Made by a program: the position numbers and the translations under genes. Shown here one piece after another: positions 51,043-60,564 of a stretch of 64,000 nt of DNA; position 1 is the first letter of the stretch; each line of letters starts with the position of its first letter. Origin of the DNA: Beijerinckiaceae bacterium (lineage in GTDB: Bacteria; Pseudomonadota; Alphaproteobacteria; Rhizobiales; Beijerinckiaceae). The notes under the pieces are model-generated. The model did no database searches. It had not been told where the DNA came from and was given only the letters and a program-made list of their open reading frames with translations. The DNA is taken from assembly GCA_947476075.1 (NCBI GenBank), contig CANJPM010000003.1:434-64433 (forward strand), read 5' to 3'.

Positions 51043-51193
51043 GAACGGTGCCCCGCGTTAAGGCGGGGTAAACGGGAAGTCGGATCAAACCGCGCTGCCC
51101 CCGCAACTGTGAACGGAGAGCAACCCGACCACTGGGGAAATGCCCGGGAAGATCGGCGAGCGTATAATCCGTTAGAGCCAGGAGACCGGCCGC
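51043..51193 (+). ncRNA. Cobalamin riboswitch
   Basis: acggtg...aaacgggaag...gcccccgcaactgtga...ccactggg...gggaag...agagccaggagaccggcc, upstream of a TonB-dependent receptor. Confidence 0.92.
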
Positions 51194-51236
51194 TCGCACA
51201 TATCAACCACCGGCGGAGGGCCGGTCTGGAGGACTT

Positions 51237-53255
51237 GTGTCGAAACGTCGGTACCGCATCATTGCGGCCGCGCACCTGTGCGTGGCCTCACTCGCGTCCA
51301 TTGCCCTTGCCTCGCAGGCATATGCGCAGGACGCGACCATCCCCGAAATCACCGTCACCGCATTGCGCGCCGAGCAAACGCTCCAGCGCACGGGTTCCGC
51401 AGTGAGCATTATCAGCCAGGACGAGATAGCGCGCTCCAGCGCGCGCACCGTCGACGATTTGCTGCGGCAATCGCCGGGCCTGACCATCAACACATCCGGC
51501 GGCCCCGGCCAATTACAGAATGTGCTATTGCGCGGGGCTGAAGCGCGCCACACGCTGGTGTTATTGGACGGCGTGCGCCTCAACGATCCGTCGAGCACCG
51601 GCGGCGAAATGGATTTCTCCGCGATCTCCCTCGACAATGTGGACCGGATCGAAATTCTGCGCGGCCCGCAATCAGCCCTCTACGGCTCGGACGCCATGGG
51701 CGGCGTGATCCAGATCTTCACCAAAAAAGGCCGCAGCGGCCACGGCGGCGCCATCAGCGTCGAGGCGGGCTCTTATGGCGCCAAAGAAACCCGGGCCAAT
51801 CTGCATGGCTCGGAAGGGCCGGTTTTCTACAGCCTCGGGATCAGCGCGTTCAATACGGACGGCTTTTCGGCTATCGGCTATCGAATTCCGCGCATCGCCG
51901 GAACGCTGCCGCCGCTGGAGGCCGACGGCGCCACGCGCCTGAGCGGCGATTTCAACATCGGCTGGCGCGCCAGCGATGTTTTGACGCTGGAGGCTGGCGT
52001 CAGCCGCATCGACAATCGCGCCAAGATAGATTCCGTCGGCTCCTATCCGGACGTGCCCGGGGACACGCGCACGATCCTCACGCGCTCTTATCTCAGCGCC
52101 ACCCATCTTGCCTTCGACGGGATGCTGCGCAGCAAGCTGACCTTGTTCTCGACGCAGACTGATCGCAACCTGAATACGTTTTATCGCTACGATTCAGGCC
52201 CAAGTGACTATAGCAGCACGCGCTTTGCCTATCGGGGCGAGCGCATGGGCGCTGAATACCAGGGTGATCTGCGTCTTGGCGACTTTGGCCTGTTGACGCT
52301 TGGCGCGCGCACGGAGCGCGACAAAGCCGGTCAAAGCACCGGCGAGCTGTATCCAGACGTCACAAACGAGACCGCCACCGTCAAAGCGCGCCAGACGACC
52401 AATTCGGCCTTTGGAATATGGTCAAAAACCATTGGCGAGAACTGGAATGTCTCGCTCGGCGCCCGGCTTGACGATGTGAGCGGCGCCGACAGCATCAAAG
52501 GCGGGCGCGGCGGCGTCACCTTTGGAACATGGCGCGCGACAAGCTCGTATCTGATCACGCAGACCGGCACCAAATTGCGCGGCTCCATCGGCACGGGCGC
52601 CAAGGCGCCCTCGCTGTACCAGCTCTATTCCGAATATGGCACCAACACTTTGGCGCCGGAAAAATCGCTTGGGCTGGACATCGGCTTCGACCAGAAGCTG
52701 AATGCGCGGCTTGATTTTTCGGCCTCGTATTTCAGCAACAGCTTCCGCAATCTGATCGACTTTGCGAGCACGTCCCCGCCCTGCGGGGCGAGCCAGTACA
52801 CTGAATATTTCGGAGAGCGCTATTACGGCTGCTACGTCAACATCGCGCGCGCAAAAACGAAAGGCGCGGAGCTGGAATTGAAGGCCAGCCTCATTCCTGA
52901 ATTTGTGCGCCTGAAAGCGGCCTATACGCACCTCAACGCCAAGGACGAAACGACCGGCTTTGATCTGGCGCGCAGGCCCAAACACACCGCACGGCTGGCG
53001 CTTGAATATCGCCCGCGCGAGGGATGGATGATCGAGCCGCGCCTGACTTTTGTCGGCGCGCGCTTCGATGCGCCGGGCGAGAAGCGACCGCTATCGGCAT
53101 ATACGAGGCTCGACGCTTACGGCGAATATCGCATCAGCGAAAACGCCACCGCCTATGTGCGGCTGGAGAACCTCACCAATGCGCATTATGAAAACGTATT
53201 CAATTACGGCACGGCGGGCCGCTCGGGTTATGCGGGCCTGCGGGTAAAATGGTAG
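51237..53255 (+). CDS. btuB: TonB-dependent vitamin B12 receptor
   Basis: Signal peptide, ITVTA TonB box, LLDGVRLND, IEILRGPQSALYGSDAMGGVI plug, ENLTN..Y, terminal Trp; riboswitch upstream. Confidence 0.9.
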   Translation: MSKRRYRIIAAAHLCVASLASIALASQAYAQDATIPEITVTALRAEQTLQRTGSAVSIISQDEIARSSARTVDDLLRQSPGLTINTSGGPGQLQNVLLRGAEARHTLVLLDGVRLNDPSSTGGEMDFSAISLDNVDRIEILRGPQSALYGSDAMGGVIQIFTKKGRSGHGGAISVEAGSYGAKETRANLHGSEGPVFYSLGISAFNTDGFSAIGYRIPRIAGTLPPLEADGATRLSGDFNIGWRASDVLTLEAGVSRIDNRAKIDSVGSYPDVPGDTRTILTRSYLSATHLAFDGMLRSKLTLFSTQTDRNLNTFYRYDSGPSDYSSTRFAYRGERMGAEYQGDLRLGDFGLLTLGARTERDKAGQSTGELYPDVTNETATVKARQTTNSAFGIWSKTIGENWNVSLGARLDDVSGADSIKGGRGGVTFGTWRATSSYLITQTGTKLRGSIGTGAKAPSLYQLYSEYGTNTLAPEKSLGLDIGFDQKLNARLDFSASYFSNSFRNLIDFASTSPPCGASQYTEYFGERYYGCYVNIARAKTKGAELELKASLIPEFVRLKAAYTHLNAKDETTGFDLARRPKHTARLALEYRPREGWMIEPRLTFVGARFDAPGEKRPLSAYTRLDAYGEYRISENATAYVRLENLTNAHYENVFNYGTAGRSGYAGLRVKW

Positions 53256-53273
53256 GCTTGCAACAAGCGCCAA

Positions 53274-53302
53274 GCGTCACGCGGGCCACCCCTGCGTGAC
53301 GC
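53274..53302. terminator. Hairpin between convergent btuB and arsC-like genes
   Basis: gcgtcacgcggg/cctgcgtgacgc stem. Confidence 0.6.
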
Positions 53303-53304
53303 GC

Positions 53305-53652
53305 CTACCCCAAAGCCTTCGCGTAAATATCCGGTTTGAAGCCCACCAGCAGGCGCCCGCCCATGTCCAGCACCGGGCGCTTGATGAGCGAGGGTTGCGC
53401 GAGCATGAGGTCGATGGCTTTGGCGCAATCGATGTCCTGCTTGTCAGCCTCGGAGAGCTTGCGAAACGTCGTGCCGGCGCGGTTCAGCAATTGCGACCAG
53501 TCGACAAGCTTCGTCCATCCCTCAAGCTGCGCGCGCTCAATGCCCTGCGATTTATAATCGTGAAACGCATGCTCCACCCCGTTCGCCTCCAGCCAGTCGC
53601 GGGCCTTCTTCATCGTGTCGCAAGCGCGGATGCCGTAGATGGTGATGGTCAT
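53305..53652 (-). CDS. ArsC/Spx family protein (YffB-like)
   Basis: IYGIRACDTMKKARDWL, HDYK, LLNRAGTTFRKL, PSLIKRPVL. Confidence 0.93.
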   Translation of the reverse strand: MTITIYGIRACDTMKKARDWLEANGVEHAFHDYKSQGIERAQLEGWTKLVDWSQLLNRAGTTFRKLSEADKQDIDCAKAIDLMLAQPSLIKRPVLDMGGRLLVGFKPDIYAKALG

Positions 53653-53703
53653 GGGGGACTCTTGGGCTTTTGAACGTCCGTCCTTAAAGGGGAGAACGCA
53701 CGG

Positions 53704-53738
53704 CGTCCAGACTGGCACAATCTGGACCGCGCGCGTCC
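53704..53738. repeat. Palindromic REP-like unit left of the TA pair
   Basis: gtccaga-ctggcacaa-tctggac hairpin; 53721-53738 is the exact reverse complement of 54522-54539. Confidence 0.75.
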
Positions 53739-53758
53739 AGCGCCGTCCGCACAGGCGT

Positions 53759-54118
53759 TCAAGGTGCGGGGGGCCGATCCGAGGTTTCAAGCAGCGCGGA
53801 AACAACGGCCTTAAGCTCCGGCGCCAGATCGACAGCTATTTTCCAAACGCGGGCATGATCTATCGACGCATATCCGTGGATCAGGATATTTCTAAAGCCG
53901 ATAATTTCTCGAAGATTTGGTATTTTCTGCGCCAAATCTGGCGACACTTTGGACAGCCTGTTCAAGGCTTCGCCAACGATCTCAAACTGCCGTTCCACCG
54001 CTGAGCGAACAAGAGCGTTATCTGCATAAGATGTCGCGTCGAGGCCATGAATAAACTGCTCAATGGCAAGCGCCGCCTGCTGGACGTCCCACAGAAAAGC
54101 CCGGGGATCACGCTCCAT
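53759..54118 (-). CDS. HEPN/HepT-like ribonuclease toxin (DUF86)
   Basis: AVERQFEIVGEA, RNILIHGY (R-X4-H), VWKI. Confidence 0.92.
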   Translation of the reverse strand: MERDPRAFLWDVQQAALAIEQFIHGLDATSYADNALVRSAVERQFEIVGEALNRLSKVSPDLAQKIPNLREIIGFRNILIHGYASIDHARVWKIAVDLAPELKAVVSALLETSDRPPAP

Positions 54119-54446
54119 AGATCAGCCTCCGCGACCGATCGACAGCCGCTTGCACGAACGGGTTTGCAATAGCGTCAGCCTCAACCAGATCGACGCGCCG
54201 CCCAAAGAGCGCCTCAAGCTCCCCGGCAAGTCCAAAGAATTGCTTGAGCGCCGACATGGACGAATCCGGCTTGAACTTCACCAAAACGTCAATATCGCTC
54301 GTCTGCGGATTGAAATCATGCTCCCGGGCAGCCGATCCAAACAGCTCCAGACGCGAAACGTCATACGCGCGACAGAGAGCCGCCAGGGCTTCGTGATTGC
54401 TTCCGAGGTCAGCGTGCATTGATGTTACCGTTTTTGCCGGGGACAC
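54108..54446 (-). CDS. Minimal nucleotidyltransferase antitoxin (MNT/MntA-like); start possibly ATG 54419
   Basis: LFGSAAR...SDIDVLV (GS-X-DxD), LEALFGRRVDLV; overlaps the HEPN gene. Confidence 0.92.
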   Translation of the reverse strand: MSPAKTVTSMHADLGSNHEALAALCRAYDVSRLELFGSAAREHDFNPQTSDIDVLVKFKPDSSMSALKQFFGLAGELEALFGRRVDLVEADAIANPFVQAAVDRSRRLIYGA

Positions 54447-54521
54447 ATCTCAAGAGCGGCGCTATTTTCCCCTGTCTGATATTCTGAGGCAAGAATCCTG
54501 AGAAGTCGAGGCTGCGCGCGA

Positions 54522-54665
54522 GGACGCGCGCGGTCCAGACGTGGCAAATGTTCGAGGGCGCCTTCCTTCTCCCGCATGCAGGGTGGGTTTTGCGTCAGCA
54601 AAAGCCGGATGAGGGCTTGTTCACGATAGCAAGCGCCCTCATCCGTCGCGCGTTGCGCGACAGCC
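54522..54665. repeat. Palindromic repeat cluster (second REP-like unit plus a Rhizobiales-type intergenic palindrome)
   Basis: ggacgcgcgcggtccaga at 54522-54539; cggatgagggc/gccctcatccg 11-bp stem at 54606-54645; ccttctcccgc motif. Confidence 0.65.
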
Positions 54666-54920
54666 TAGAACGAGCGCTGTCCACGTCACAAGACGCTTTG
54701 ACCTAATCTGACACGGAGCGGCTGTTGATTGTAAGCGAGGACCGATTAGCAGGTCCGATCCCAAATTTTCTATCTAGATGACCTTCGGCTTGCTTGATTT
54801 TCTGTTCTCTATCAAGGGGATAGATTTAAACTCCGGTTTTGTCCGCAAATTTTTATTCAGCTAACGTGGACTTAAGCTCAACTTTATGGAAGAAATTATT
54901 GCGAACGGAGAAGGAACGAC

Positions 54921-56015
54921 ATGACCGATTCCACCTCGACGGAAGCTAAACGTGTGCGGCTCAGCCAAGCCGACGTCCCCTCTATGGATTTGGAAAAGGC
55001 GCTCAGGCTCGCCCGCGCGATTTGGGACAACTTCGCTGGAAAAGGCGCTCGCCCACTGCAACTCGCCGAGGCACTGGATACTAAGCCAAGCAGTGGGGGC
55101 TGGCGCGAACTCTGCGGAGCCTCAATAGCTTATGGCCTGACCGATGGCGGCTATAATGCACAAGAAATTCGTCTTACAGAGCTTGGACGGAGGATCGTTG
55201 CACCACGTGCTGAAGGCGACGAGATCGATGCGGTTGTAGAGGCCAGCTTAACGCCGCGAGTGTGCAATAAATTCCTAACCAAATACGACGGCGCAAAGTT
55301 TCCAACGGATCGGATAGCGATTTCAGTCCTTGTTGACCTCGGGGTTCCAAAAGAACGGACAGATAAAGTAGTTGGTATATTGAAAGCGAATAGCCAATTT
55401 TCGGGGGTTTTCACATTAATCAAGGGTGAAAATTATCTGGCGCTTTCAACTCCCAGCCAAGCGCCTCGCAAAGAAGCATCGAATATCGAAAGCGAAGGCG
55501 ATGTCGTAGCAGAGACCATTCCCCAAGATTCCTCACAGCCAGTAATCGAATCCGTCGAATCAGAGGTCTTTCAGAAATCACGAAAAATATTCGTAGCTCA
55601 CGGACGAAAGCTTGAGGCCCTAGATGCAATCAAGAAGGCGCTGGACCGGCTAAAGGTACCATACGTTGTGGCTGTCGATGAACCTCATGCTGGACGACCC
55701 ATCTCGCAAAAGGTTGCGCATCTAATGAAAGAATGCTCCGCTGGCATTTTCATATTCACCCCGGATGAAGTTTTCTTGAATGAAAAAGACGAGAAAATTT
55801 TTCGACCAAGTGAAAATGTCATTTATGAGCTAGGAGCGGGCTCTGTACTGTGGGGTGGAAAAATCGTGATTCTTAAAGAAGAATCTGTATTCTTCCCGTC
55901 GGACTATAGGGATTTGGGATACGTCTCATTCTCAATGGCGAACTTAGCTTCGATACAGTCCAATCTTCTGATGGAACTGATTGGCTTGGATTTCGTCAAG
56001 TTACAAGTTGGCTAA
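54921..56015 (+). CDS. TIR-domain protein (CAP12/Pycsar-type predicted nucleotide-binding TIR) with uncharacterised N-terminal domain
   Basis: C-terminal KIFVAHGR...GRPISQK...AGIFIFTPDE...RPSENVIYELG...ILKE...PSD; AT-rich; N-terminal ~165 aa looks like a winged helix. Confidence 0.85.
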   Translation: MTDSTSTEAKRVRLSQADVPSMDLEKALRLARAIWDNFAGKGARPLQLAEALDTKPSSGGWRELCGASIAYGLTDGGYNAQEIRLTELGRRIVAPRAEGDEIDAVVEASLTPRVCNKFLTKYDGAKFPTDRIAISVLVDLGVPKERTDKVVGILKANSQFSGVFTLIKGENYLALSTPSQAPRKEASNIESEGDVVAETIPQDSSQPVIESVESEVFQKSRKIFVAHGRKLEALDAIKKALDRLKVPYVVAVDEPHAGRPISQKVAHLMKECSAGIFIFTPDEVFLNEKDEKIFRPSENVIYELGAGSVLWGGKIVILKEESVFFPSDYRDLGYVSFSMANLASIQSNLLMELIGLDFVKLQVG

Positions 56016-56033
56016 CATTTCCCAATCCCGCCC

Positions 56034-57626
56034 TCACTCCCACTCAATCGTCCCCGGTGGCTTGCTTGTCACGTCGTAAACAACCCTATTGATCCCCTTC
56101 ACCTCGTTGATGATACGCGTGGCGGCGCGGCCGAGCACGTTCATGTCGAAGGGGTAGAAGTCCGCCGTCATGCCGTCGACTGAGGTGACGGCGCGCAGGG
56201 CGCATACGCTGTCGTACGTGCGCCCGTCCCCCATCACGCCGACTGTGCGCACGGGCAGAAGCACTGCGAAGGCTTGCCAGATGACGTCGTAGAGGCCGGC
56301 TTTGCGGATCTCGTCGAGATAGATCGCGTCCGCCTTGCGCAGGATTTCCAGCTTTTCGCGGCTGAGGCCGCCGGGGATGCGGATGGCCAGGCCCGGGCCG
56401 GGGAATGGGTGGCGGCCGACGAACGCTTCCGACAGGCCCAGCTCGCGGCCCAGCGCGCGGACTTCGTCCTTGAAGAGTTCGCGCAGGGGCTCAACCAGCT
56501 TCATCTTCATGCGCTCGGGCAGGCCGCCGACGTTGTGGTGGCTTTTGATCGTCACCGACGGGCCGCCGGAGAAGGAGACGCTTTCGATCACGTCCGGATA
56601 GAGCGTGCCCTGCGCCAGAAAACCAAGTTCGCCCTTGCCGTCGGCGGCGATCTTTTTGGCTTCCTCGTCGAACACGTCGATGAACAGCTTGCCGATGATC
56701 TTGCGCTTGGTCTCGGGATCGGCGACGCCCTCAAGCTGGCCGATGAACAGGTCGCTGGCGTCCACATGCACCAGCGGGATGTTGTAATGGTCGCGGAACA
56801 GGGTGACGACCTGTTCGGCCTCGCCCATACGCAGCAGGCCGTGATCGACGAACACGCAGGTCAGCCGGTCGCCGATGGCCTCGTGGATCAGCACCGCCGC
56901 CACGGCGGAATCGACGCCGCCCGAAAGGCCGCAGAGCACGCGACCATCGCCAACCTGTTTGCGGATGGAGGCGATAGCTTCGCCACGGAAGGCGGCCATG
57001 GTCCAGTCGCTTTTCAGGCCCGCAACCTTGTGCACAAAATTGGCGATCAGCTTTGCGCCGTCGGGCGTGTGCACGACTTCGGGGTGGAACATGGTGGTGA
57101 AGATGCGGCGCTTCTCGTCGGACGCTATTGCGAACGGCGCGTTTTCGCTAACGGCTTTCACCGTGAAGCCTTCGGGTAATTTGGTCACGCGGTCGCCGTG
57201 GCTCATCCAAACGGGATAGCGGGCGCCCAATTCCCAGACGCCGTCAAACAGCAAGCTGGGCTCGACGATCTCGATGTCGGCGCGGCCAAATTCGGCAGCA
57301 TGGCCACCCTCCACCGCGCCGCCAAGCTGCACGGCTGTGGTCTGCTGGCCGTAGCAGATCGAGAGGATCGGCAGGCCGGAGTCAAAAATCGCCTGCGGCG
57401 CGCGGGGCGAGCCCTCTTGCGTCACCGAGGCCGGGCCGCCCGAGAGGATCACGGCCTTGGGCGCCAAATCGCGGAACGCGGCCTCGGCGGACTGGAACGG
57501 CGCGATTTCGCAATAGACCCCCGCCTCGCGCACGCGGCGCGCGATGAGCTGCGTCACCTGCGAGCCGAAATCGACGATGAGCACCTTGTCGTGGTTGCGG
57601 ACGATATCGGTATGGGTGGCGGTCAT
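56034..57626 (-). CDS. guaA: GMP synthase
   Basis: [50 protein letters not shown]. Confidence 0.98.
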   Translation of the reverse strand: MTATHTDIVRNHDKVLIVDFGSQVTQLIARRVREAGVYCEIAPFQSAEAAFRDLAPKAVILSGGPASVTQEGSPRAPQAIFDSGLPILSICYGQQTTAVQLGGAVEGGHAAEFGRADIEIVEPSLLFDGVWELGARYPVWMSHGDRVTKLPEGFTVKAVSENAPFAIASDEKRRIFTTMFHPEVVHTPDGAKLIANFVHKVAGLKSDWTMAAFRGEAIASIRKQVGDGRVLCGLSGGVDSAVAAVLIHEAIGDRLTCVFVDHGLLRMGEAEQVVTLFRDHYNIPLVHVDASDLFIGQLEGVADPETKRKIIGKLFIDVFDEEAKKIAADGKGELGFLAQGTLYPDVIESVSFSGGPSVTIKSHHNVGGLPERMKMKLVEPLRELFKDEVRALGRELGLSEAFVGRHPFPGPGLAIRIPGGLSREKLEILRKADAIYLDEIRKAGLYDVIWQAFAVLLPVRTVGVMGDGRTYDSVCALRAVTSVDGMTADFYPFDMNVLGRAATRIINEVKGINRVVYDVTSKPPGTIEWE

Positions 57627-57859
57627 GACGATCTCTTGGCTCGCGCTGTCTTAGATACGAGGCCGGAATAGGCCATGGGGGCGGCAGGCGCAATGCAGGC
57701 GCGCCAGCGCCCGCGGTAAAAAGCGCAATCGCTCGCATTTGAGCGATCAGATTCGGCTTTGCTCAAGCTGGCGCTGGCAAGGTTAAGGCGTCAGGAAAGG
57801 ACGCCAAGATGAAACGCCTCGCCAGCTCTCAATTCGCCGCTTTGTTCAACGAAGAGACC

Positions 57860-59167
57860 TCAAGCGCTGCGCGTGACCAGCGCGACGTAGAAGCCGTCGG
57901 TGTCGGTGGTCGCGGGCGAGAGGCGCAGGCCCGGCCCCAGCTTCGAGCCGCAATCGGCCAGCTCTGGCAGGCCCGCCTTGCGCGCCGCATGGGCCATGTC
58001 GATGGGCAGGTAATCGGCGTGTGAATTGAGGAAAGCGCTCACGCGGTCCTCGTTCTCCGCCTTCAGCACCGAGCACGTGACATAGGCGATGCGCCCGCCC
58101 GGCTTCACGAAGCGCGCGGCCTCATTCAATGCTTCGTCCTGATCGCGGATGCGCAGCTCCAGCGCGCCGGGGCGCACGCGCCATTTGGCGTCCGGGTTGC
58201 GACGCCACGCGCCGGCGCCGGTGCAAGGCGCATCCACCACCACGAGATCGCATCGTCCGGCCAGATCGGACAGAATGTCCTGCTTGCCCTTGGGGGCGCG
58301 CACCTGCACGTTGCGCACGCCAGCCCGCTCCAGACGCTCGAAGATGGGCGTCAGGCGGCGACCGTCCTTGTCGGTAGCGTAGAGCTGGCCCTTGTTGTCC
58401 ATCATCGCGGCCAGACACAGCGTCTTGCCTCCGCCGCCTGCGCACAGGTCCAGAACCTGCCAGCCGGGCTCGGCGCCGCTGAGCAGCGCGGCGATCTGCG
58501 AGCCCTCGTCCTGAACCTCGATCTGGCCCTTGGCGTAGGCGGGTTCAGCCGACAGCGCCGGGGCGCGCCCGTCAATCCCGACGTCAATCCGCAGCCCCCA
58601 GGGCGAAAAGCGGGTGGCGCGGGGACCAAGATGGTCCAGTTCAGCGAGCGCCTTGTCGCGATCAGTGAGCAGGAGGTTTGCGCGCAGATCGACAGGAGCG
58701 CGGGCGGCGAGCGCCCTGCCCTCTTCCGCCGCCCGGTCACCCCAGGCTTCTTCGAGCTGGGGCGCAAGCCATTCGGGATAATCGCCCAAAACATGGGCCG
58801 GGGCGCCGGACATGTCGCAGGCGGTCAGGCGCCCCGTCTCGACCTCGCTCAGCGGCGGCGGGGCGTGGCCCTCGCCGTTGCATAAACTGGAGATTGCATT
58901 CACGTCCAGCCCGCGAGCGCGCACAAGGGCGCCAAGCGCAATACCTCGGGCAGTAGCGGATTCGAGCTTTTCGCCCATCAACCAGGCCGATGAGGATTTA
59001 ACGCGCAGACTGTCCCAGACCAGCCCGGCGATGGCGGAACGGTCCTTGGAGCCGGCGAAACGGTGGGCGAGCCCCCATTCCTTCAGGGAATCGGCGGCTG
59101 GCCGACGGCGCACCGCGATATCTTCGAGAACTTCAATCGCGGCGGCGAGACGGGCGGCGGGGGTCAT
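57860..59167 (-). CDS. RsmB/NOP family m5C RNA methyltransferase
   Basis: MTPAARL, EVQDEGSQ, DLCAGGGGKT, VDAPCTG.G.WRRNPD, YVTCS. Confidence 0.93.
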   Translation of the reverse strand: MTPAARLAAAIEVLEDIAVRRRPAADSLKEWGLAHRFAGSKDRSAIAGLVWDSLRVKSSSAWLMGEKLESATARGIALGALVRARGLDVNAISSLCNGEGHAPPPLSEVETGRLTACDMSGAPAHVLGDYPEWLAPQLEEAWGDRAAEEGRALAARAPVDLRANLLLTDRDKALAELDHLGPRATRFSPWGLRIDVGIDGRAPALSAEPAYAKGQIEVQDEGSQIAALLSGAEPGWQVLDLCAGGGGKTLCLAAMMDNKGQLYATDKDGRRLTPIFERLERAGVRNVQVRAPKGKQDILSDLAGRCDLVVVDAPCTGAGAWRRNPDAKWRVRPGALELRIRDQDEALNEAARFVKPGGRIAYVTCSVLKAENEDRVSAFLNSHADYLPIDMAHAARKAGLPELADCGSKLGPGLRLSPATTDTDGFYVALVTRSA

Positions 59168-59257
59168 GGGCTTTTCCGAACAGCAGCGCGGGCAAAGCGT
59201 CCGCGGCGCGCCCGTTCATGCCGTGTTCCGATGACAAAAGTCCAGCCTGTTACGGCC

Positions 59258-59428
59258 TCAGGGTGCGATTACGTCCTTTGCGCGCCCCTGTTGGGGGCGG
59301 CAGGCGTACCAGCAACCGGCGCACAGCGCGGCCAGAAAGAGGGAAATAAGCCACGGGCCGAAGAGCCCCACAAAAATGATGAGGACGATAAATCCAACCA
59401 TCGCCTTTTCGGCGAAACGAGCAAACAT
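59258..59428 (-). CDS. Putative small membrane protein (56 aa)
   Basis: Hydrophobic run MVGFIVLIIFVGLFGPWLISLFLAALCAGCW; GGAG about 9 nt upstream; fills an otherwise empty gap. Confidence 0.45.
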   Translation of the reverse strand: MFARFAEKAMVGFIVLIIFVGLFGPWLISLFLAALCAGCWYACRPQQGRAKDVIAP

Positions 59429-59498
59429 CGACCGGCTCCGCACTCAACGCGCTGCTTCATGACCACAGGAAGCAGCGTTAAAAGAGTACATGCAAACT

Positions 59499-59515
59499 GG
59501 TTAAAGTTTGTTTTA
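59499..59515 (-). promoter_or_regulatory. Possible CtrA-like box
   Basis: Minus strand TAAA-ACAAACT-TTAAC versus consensus TTAA-N7-TTAAC (one mismatch). Confidence 0.25.
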
Positions 59516-59612
59516 GAGGGCCGGGCCATGACCCGAAGAGCTGGAGCCCTTCTTTTGACCAAGGGCTTCCACGCCATGGAGGGACGACAGAGTTTAGCGC
59601 GTCACTCAAGCC

Positions 59613-60269
59613 CTACGCGCGCACCGTCGTCACGCCAATCATGGAATCGCGCGTGACCAGCGCGGCCAGCTCGTCTTCGCTCAAACTCTCCGACCCTGCG
59701 GGACGCTGCGGAACAACGAGATAACGCAGGTCAGCGGTGGAATCATGCACGCGCAACTCGACGCTGTCGGGCGTCAGCGTGCCAAATTCCGCCAACACCT
59801 CGCGCGGCTCACGCACGATGCGGGCTCGATAGGCGCGGCTTTTGTACCACGACGGCGGCAGTCCGAGCAGCTCGCGCGGATAGCACGAGCACAGCGTGCA
59901 GACGACGACGTTGTGAACCTCATCCGTGTTCTCCAGCGCGACAAGCTCCGTCGTGTTCATCGGGAAACCAAGCTCCGCCACCGCCGCATTGGCGTCGCTC
60001 ATCAACCGCTCGCGAAACGCGGGATCAACCCATGCACGGGCGACGACTTTTGCACCATGGGCTGGCGTAATCATGTCGCGCGCTTCAATGGCGGCGCGCA
60101 CTTCGTCGGCAGTCACCACGCCTTTTTCGATCAGCAATTCCTTCAGCGCCACGCCGAGAATTTGATAATACGAATGCACCTTGTCGTCAGGCTGCGGCGG
60201 CGAATGCGCATGTCCATGTGAATGTTCGTGGTCATGATGATGATCGTGTTCGTGATGATGCTGGCTCAT
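59613..60269 (-). CDS. Cobalt nitrile hydratase alpha / thiocyanate hydrolase gamma (ScnC-like) subunit
   Basis: VVCTLCSCYPR metal-binding motif (Thr indicates Co type), WYKS..YR, RVHDSTADLRYLV, VTRDSMIG; His-rich N-terminus. Confidence 0.93.
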   Translation of the reverse strand: MSQHHHEHDHHHDHEHSHGHAHSPPQPDDKVHSYYQILGVALKELLIEKGVVTADEVRAAIEARDMITPAHGAKVVARAWVDPAFRERLMSDANAAVAELGFPMNTTELVALENTDEVHNVVVCTLCSCYPRELLGLPPSWYKSRAYRARIVREPREVLAEFGTLTPDSVELRVHDSTADLRYLVVPQRPAGSESLSEDELAALVTRDSMIGVTTVRA

Positions 60270-60279
60270 GCTGTGCTCC

Positions 60280-60564
60280 TCAGGGCTGCTCAAGCCAGTT
60301 ATCCTGCAAGTCGATATGCACGCTGTCGCGCTCCGATCCCTTGTAATCGGGCCATATCTCAACCTGCCGGAAACGCACTTCGTAAACGTGCTTCTTCTCT
60401 CCCGGCAGATTGAAGGCCAGCGTTTCAGGGTTGCCGTAGGCGCCAAAGCGGCGCGTCACCACCCCCGTCTTGCCGCGAATGTAGACCGGCGTTCTAAAAT
60501 GCCCGATCGGATAATCCTCGCGCACGCGCACGACGTCGCCCTCGACGAAACGCTCTAGCGGCAT
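60280..60564 (-). CDS. Nitrile hydratase beta C-terminal SH3-like half (ScnA-like subunit)
   Basis: RFVEGDVVRV...GHFRTPVYIRGKTG...YEVRF...IW...V.IDL...WLE. Confidence 0.9.
   Translation of the reverse strand: MPLERFVEGDVVRVREDYPIGHFRTPVYIRGKTGVVTRRFGAYGNPETLAFNLPGEKKHVYEVRFRQVEIWPDYKGSERDSVHIDLQDNWLEQP

Noticed and set aside
53690-54560. Integron attC interpretation of the palindromes flanking the TA pair
   Set aside because: No RYYYAAC/GTTRRRY core ends found and no integrase in the window.
54450-56060. attL/attR direct repeat of the guaA 3' end
   Set aside because: No second copy of the guaA terminal sequence was visible by eye and no tyrosine recombinase is present.
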